From the NCBI GenBank assembly GCA_044356215.1, contig JBIKWQ010000084.1:1-12927 (forward strand): DNA of 12,927 nucleotides, given 5' to 3'. Below the pieces are notes generated by a model. That model ran no database searches. It was not told the DNA's origin and saw only the letters and a list, made by a program, of their open reading frames with translations. The position numbers were made by a program, and so were the translations under genes. This DNA is from Bdellovibrionota bacterium (lineage in GTDB: Bacteria > Bdellovibrionota_C > UBA2361 > OMII01). Below, piece by piece: positions 8,790-12,927 of the stretch (positions are counted from its first letter, which is position 1; each line of letters opens with the position of its first letter).

Positions 8790-9911
8790 GTGGAGCGATA
8801 TCTATCTAATTTTATTATTAAAGATCTATCCAGGAAATGCATTCTACTGAGCGGTCCGCGACAGGTTGGGAAAACTACTTTAGTGCGGTCTCTTTTCGGA
8901 CAGAGCGAGTACTTGAATTACGATATCGTAAGCGATCGGCGTGTGTTTATGTCGCAGTCCTGGAATCGCGATACTCCACTTGTAATTCTTGATGAGCTGC
9001 ACAAGTATAAAAAGTGGAAGAACCTCCTTAAGGGTGTCATAGATCAGTCCGGTGGAGCCCCGCCACTATTAGTAACGGGCAGCGCGCGTCTTGAGGTTTT
9101 CAGAAAAGCTGGTGACGCTCTTACAGGACGCACCTTCGCTTACCATCTTCATCCGATTGATCCCAAGGAAGCCTGTTCGATCCACCCAGGAAGAACAGCG
9201 ACTGAACACGTTGAATTTCTTTTGACTCACGGAGGATTTCCCGAGAGCTTTAATGCCCCCGAGCTATCTCGGCGCCTTTTGATGGATAGAATATCCACGG
9301 TGCTGCGAGACGACCTCAGAGATCTATCGATGATTAGTAGTATCTCCTCAGTTGAATTGCTGGTGGAGTTGCTGAGAGAACGAGTTGGTGGTCAGATTAC
9401 TTACTCTAATCTCGCTCAGGATCTTGGAGTTAGTCCCCCTACGGTTAAATCGTGGATAGAGCTGCTGGAGAAGCTTTATGTTGTATTTTTACTGCGTCCT
9501 TTTTCGGGTAAATTGGCCAAGAGTCTCCGCAAAGAACCGAAGCTTTACTTCTATGATTGTAGCGCCGCCGAAAATGGTGAATCGGCGCGCCTTGAAAATC
9601 TGGTCGCGCTTGCGCTCTATAAGTGGTGTGATTTTGTAAGAGATACAGAGGGTCGTGACGCGCGACTTTTCTACTTTCGGGACAGCAATGACAGAGAGGT
9701 AGATTTTGTAGTGACCGAAGGACGAAAGATTCTCGCATGTATAGAGGTAAAAAGCAGTGATGAGGAGCCATCCCCAAGTCTTCGCTATTTGAGTGACCGA
9801 TTGAAACCGAAACACTCGCTGCAGTTAGTACGAAACTGCTCGCGCGCGAGGGAGTATGGCGAGCTAAAAGTTAGACCACTGGCTGAATGGCTAAGGCAGT
9901 TGGCTTTGTGA
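8790..9911 (+). CDS. AAA_14/DUF4143-family ATP-binding protein (P-loop ATPase + HTH + PD-(D/E)XK-like nuclease tail)
   Basis: Walker A GPRQVGKT; Walker B VILDE; family motifs VTGS, LTGR, GGFPE and PKLYFYD; HTH-like segment TYSNLAQDLGVSPPTVKSWIELLE; C-terminal LEN...YFRD...EVDFVV...IEVK. Confidence 0.92.
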   Translation: MERYLSNFIIKDLSRKCILLSGPRQVGKTTLVRSLFGQSEYLNYDIVSDRRVFMSQSWNRDTPLVILDELHKYKKWKNLLKGVIDQSGGAPPLLVTGSARLEVFRKAGDALTGRTFAYHLHPIDPKEACSIHPGRTATEHVEFLLTHGGFPESFNAPELSRRLLMDRISTVLRDDLRDLSMISSISSVELLVELLRERVGGQITYSNLAQDLGVSPPTVKSWIELLEKLYVVFLLRPFSGKLAKSLRKEPKLYFYDCSAAENGESARLENLVALALYKWCDFVRDTEGRDARLFYFRDSNDREVDFVVTEGRKILACIEVKSSDEEPSPSLRYLSDRLKPKHSLQLVRNCSRAREYGELKVRPLAEWLRQLAL

Positions 9912-10102
9912 TCTGAAAAGCCGCCCCTTAATAGGGAATAAACGTTATTGCGACAGAATATGCTGAGTAGTTATTATGAATCACACTACATATTTTGCAT
10001 ATCGACCCCAATAATCCCCATAACCGTCTGTCTTTACACTTCAAAAATAATTTTAGCCCCAAAACATAACGTGTTCTAAATTTTGGTCCGATGTAAGGGC
10101 TC

Positions 10103-12058
10103 ATGCATTTGCGTAGTTTGGTCCTAAAATTAGAACTATCGTTTCTGATCCTCCTGATAGCCTGCCTTGAGGTAGCCGCTCAGGAACAGCGACTGGTTTT
10201 CGATGGTGCTGTTATATCAGCCCGAGGAGCGACACGCGCGCTCTCGGTTTTGGACTCAGGGTTTAGTGGTGTTCTCCCCCGCGATCTCGCGGCTGAGTCG
10301 CTCGGTTTAGGCGCGGCTCTTGTTACTACTAAGAAACTAAAACGTCAGCGAGCTTTGATTTTAACCGAAGAGACCCCGAGGCCCTACACCCGTAAAGAAG
10401 ATCCGTGCAAAAAAGCAAAGACCCGTAAATGGATCAAGAAGATCGGCGCGCGGGTTCGTTGCGAGTCAAACAACGCTTACTTCTCTTCGGCTGTTCCAAT
10501 TGATCCGCTCTTCTCAAATCAATACGCCAGTGGGCTAATGTCGCTCCCGCAAGCTTGGGATAAGACAACTGGCGCAAGTGGGGTGATCGCGCTGATTATT
10601 GATACCGGTGTGCTCTACACTCATCCGGATATCGCCGAAAATATGTGGGTTAATCCCGGAGAGGTCGCGGGGGATGGAATAGATAACGATGGAAACGGAT
10701 ACATCGATGATAGGCACGGAATTAACGCTATCTTAAATAGTGGTGACCCCTTAGATGATAACGGGCACGGAACTCACTGCGCCGGCATAATCGGAGGTCG
10801 CGGCAACAATGGAGTTGGAATTACTGGTGTCGCATGGAGCACTAAGATAGCGGCGGCAAAGTTTCTATCTAGCTCTGGAAGTGGAAGCTTATCTAACGCG
10901 ATTAAGGCGATAAACTACGGAACAGCCCTTAGGCGCGCCGGCAATCGGGTTGTGGTGAGTAGTAATTCATGGGGTGGTGGAAGTTACAGCGCGACCCTCG
11001 CGGCAGCGATACAGGCTTCGGCCGATGCAGGGATACTATTTGTCACGGCTGCTGGTAACGCCGCTTCAAATAACGATCTAACCCCGGCCTATCCCGCTAG
11101 CTATACGAATGATAACGTAATTAGTGTCGCGTCAACCACATCATCTGGCGGCTTATCCAGCTTCTCAAACTACGGAGCTACCTCTGTTGATATCGCGGCG
11201 CCAGGCTCGAGTATTTTAAGCACGTATCTTAATGACAGCTACGCCTACCTAAGCGGCACGTCGATGGCAGCACCTCAGGTTGCAGGTGTAGCGCTCCTCG
11301 CGCAATCAATCTGCTCGGGTACGTTGAGTTATCAGCAGGTAAAAAACTCAATCCTCTCATCGGGCACTGTGTATCCTGGATTGTCGGGTCAGGTGCTAAC
11401 ATCGGCCATAGTTAACGCCTTCGGGGCGGTAGTAGCGGCTAATGCTTACTGTCCAAGTACACCAACTCCGGAGCCATCGGCTACACCAATAGCAGCGACT
11501 CCTTCACCAACGCCGATAAGCACTAATACACCGCAGCAACTAACTCCTACATCGACTCCGATAGATACAGAGTCGCCAACAGCGACGCCGTTTCCAACAG
11601 AGCCAGCGCTACCACCTGAGAACACGCCGGCAGCGACTCCTACAAGAGCTCCAGCTAAGCAACCGCAGTTAGCAGTAGCGCCGGGAGCATTATCCGGCTC
11701 GGCGCCGGTGACGATCTCTGTTCAGGGCGGAGCATCAAGCCCATTAGCTAAGTTAAGAGTTTTTGCCAGGGACAGTAAGTGGGCATACGCCTGTCCGCCT
11801 ATTGATCTAGGGCTCGCAAGTGGCGCGGCGAGTATTACAGTTAACCTGCCGGCGGATGTAAACCGCATGCGTCGTGTAGATATATTCGCGTCTGTTAGGA
11901 GCAGGACCCTTAGATCAGGGTTTAATGTAACTAGCCCGACACAGAGTAGAAATTACAGGCAGGGCCAAGCAGCTTTTAACGCTGTGTGTAGCGCGATAGC
12001 GCGTGGGGTTAGGGGAGCGAGTGCTAGTGGTCGGGCGTCGGCCACTAGAAAGAGCTAG
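10103..12058 (+). CDS. Secreted S8 (subtilisin-like) serine protease with Pro/Thr linker and basic C-terminal domain
   Basis: Signal-peptide-like N-terminus (…EVAA|QEQ); catalytic triad motifs IIDTGV, NGHGTHCAG and GTSMAAP; oxyanion motif AAGN; WVNPGE…GIDNDGNGYIDD insertion typical of a subtilase subgroup; PT-rich linker. Confidence 0.93.
   Translation: MHLRSLVLKLELSFLILLIACLEVAAQEQRLVFDGAVISARGATRALSVLDSGFSGVLPRDLAAESLGLGAALVTTKKLKRQRALILTEETPRPYTRKEDPCKKAKTRKWIKKIGARVRCESNNAYFSSAVPIDPLFSNQYASGLMSLPQAWDKTTGASGVIALIIDTGVLYTHPDIAENMWVNPGEVAGDGIDNDGNGYIDDRHGINAILNSGDPLDDNGHGTHCAGIIGGRGNNGVGITGVAWSTKIAAAKFLSSSGSGSLSNAIKAINYGTALRRAGNRVVVSSNSWGGGSYSATLAAAIQASADAGILFVTAAGNAASNNDLTPAYPASYTNDNVISVASTTSSGGLSSFSNYGATSVDIAAPGSSILSTYLNDSYAYLSGTSMAAPQVAGVALLAQSICSGTLSYQQVKNSILSSGTVYPGLSGQVLTSAIVNAFGAVVAANAYCPSTPTPEPSATPIAATPSPTPISTNTPQQLTPTSTPIDTESPTATPFPTEPALPPENTPAATPTRAPAKQPQLAVAPGALSGSAPVTISVQGGASSPLAKLRVFARDSKWAYACPPIDLGLASGAASITVNLPADVNRMRRVDIFASVRSRTLRSGFNVTSPTQSRNYRQGQAAFNAVCSAIARGVRGASASGRASATRKS
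11453..11658 (+). repeat. Low-complexity Pro/Thr-rich linker within the S8 protease
   Basis: PSTPTPEPSATPIAATPSPTP…TPAATPTRAPAK. The codons vary, so the repeat is at protein level rather than a recent DNA expansion. Confidence 0.85.
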
Positions 12059-12753
12059 CTTGTAAGCTCAAACAGCTTGTCGCGCGCAGCAGAGAGCTTG
12101 GTGATAGTTTCTTCAATATATTTACGCATATTAACCCTTTGCAACAATGTTTCAGTCTCGCCTGATTTTAGGTATTCGATTGAATCGTGTACTGAGTCTT
12201 TAAAAAGGCTCCCTAGATTCTTAATCATTGCATCGATTGCTTTAAGTGCATCAAGGGTGCTCTCAAAGGTTTTTTTGCTCAGTTCTTTAACAGAATGGAG
12301 GTGCGGATACTCGTTTTCCGTGTAAAGATGATGAACTTGCTGAGAACCAACATGCTTAGCGGTATCTCTAAGGAGCTCACTTAAAGCTGATAGGGACTCT
12401 ATAATCTCCGGCCCTCTCACGATTCGGTTAAGCGACCCTCTAACATGGAGTACAATCTGATGCAGTGAGTACTGGGAGATCAACTCAGTCGCCGAATCAT
12501 TTACGTGAGGTGTCTTAAAGTCAGCGGTAGTCAGTCTTAAATCTTTTTCTGCACATTTGAAGAGATCGGCAATTCGGATTGCCTCTTCAAAATTGTCGCA
12601 GGAATCCTCCTTTAATTTGATAAATTTCTGAAGTTCACCATGAAGGAAATTCGCAACTCCTTTTGATGTCTCGCAGTGCTCCTGAACTTTAAAATCTTGC
12701 ATCTGCGTGAGTAAGTCAGAGAGACCCGCTCGTCTAGCCTCTAATTTGTCCAT
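12055..12753 (-). CDS. Hypothetical protein, predicted all-alpha/coiled-coil, cytoplasmic
   Basis: 232-aa ATG-initiated ORF filling otherwise empty space; L/E/K/S-rich amphipathic pattern; purine-rich AGGGG upstream; no motif I recognise. Confidence 0.7.
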   Translation of the reverse strand: MDKLEARRAGLSDLLTQMQDFKVQEHCETSKGVANFLHGELQKFIKLKEDSCDNFEEAIRIADLFKCAEKDLRLTTADFKTPHVNDSATELISQYSLHQIVLHVRGSLNRIVRGPEIIESLSALSELLRDTAKHVGSQQVHHLYTENEYPHLHSVKELSKKTFESTLDALKAIDAMIKNLGSLFKDSVHDSIEYLKSGETETLLQRVNMRKYIEETITKLSAARDKLFELTS

Positions 12754-12832
12754 CCAAGATATCGCCCCTGGAGTTATGATATTAAGATCTAATTTGATTT
12801 GAGGATGTCCTAATTCCCGTTGAAATTAAGAG

Positions 12833-12911
12833 ATTGAGTGGTAATCGATAATAGGCTAATAGCTTGTTATCAATACAGAAACTAACCTTAAATAAGGAGT
12901 ACCACTCAATG
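12833..12911 (+). promoter_or_regulatory. Candidate structured 5' leader occluding RBS and start codon
   Basis: Perfect 11-bp IR (12833-12843 with 12900-12910) enclosing an 11-bp hairpin (12847-12871) and a small CCTT-aaat-AAGG hairpin over the SD. Confidence 0.5.
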
Positions 12912-12927
12912 AGAAAGTTACGTTCAG
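12909..12927 (+). CDS. Probable start of next gene (MRKLRS…), truncated by the window edge
   Basis: Strong SD TAAGGAG (12893-12899), 9-nt spacer, ATG, open to the window end. Only 6 codons are visible. Confidence 0.45.

Noticed and set aside
9902..9922. GGCTTT…AAAGCC hairpin at the ATPase stop, echoing the outer ends of the upstream IR
   Set aside because: Only 6 bp; expected by chance.
10005..10095. CCCCA(A)TAA direct repeats and a CCGAT word upstream of the protease as a sigma28-like promoter
   Set aside because: The TAAA-to-CCGAT spacing is too short, and the repeats are too brief to support a call.
9445..12325. Antisense ORFs 9445-9777, 9489-9815, 10535-10717 and 12077-12325
   Set aside because: Fully inside longer, better-supported genes on the opposite strand.

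Overview
Bacterial chromosomal window with five full-length genes. A minus-strand operon encodes a 1913-aa alpha-2-macroglobulin (intact CWEQ thioester motif) followed 7 nt later by penicillin-binding protein 1C, the classic yfhM-pbpC pairing. Divergently on the plus strand are a 373-aa AAA_14/DUF4143-type protein (P-loop ATPase, HTH and PD-(D/E)XK nuclease motifs) and a secreted S8 subtilase with a Pro/Thr linker. A 232-aa helical orphan converges on the protease and shares a CTAG stop overlap with it. Another plus-strand gene probably starts at 12909. The most unusual signals are non-coding: (i) a perfect 19-bp inverted repeat lying over a near-consensus sigma70 promoter of the apparently leaderless ATPase-nuclease gene; (ii) a multi-stem RNA leader that would sequester the RBS and ATG at the right edge; (iii) 9-bp-period CTCTGTG repeats in opposite orientation on either side of the A2M-pbpC operon. 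No transposase, integrase, tRNA/rRNA or CRISPR array is visible. All calls come from reading motifs by eye; no searches were run.
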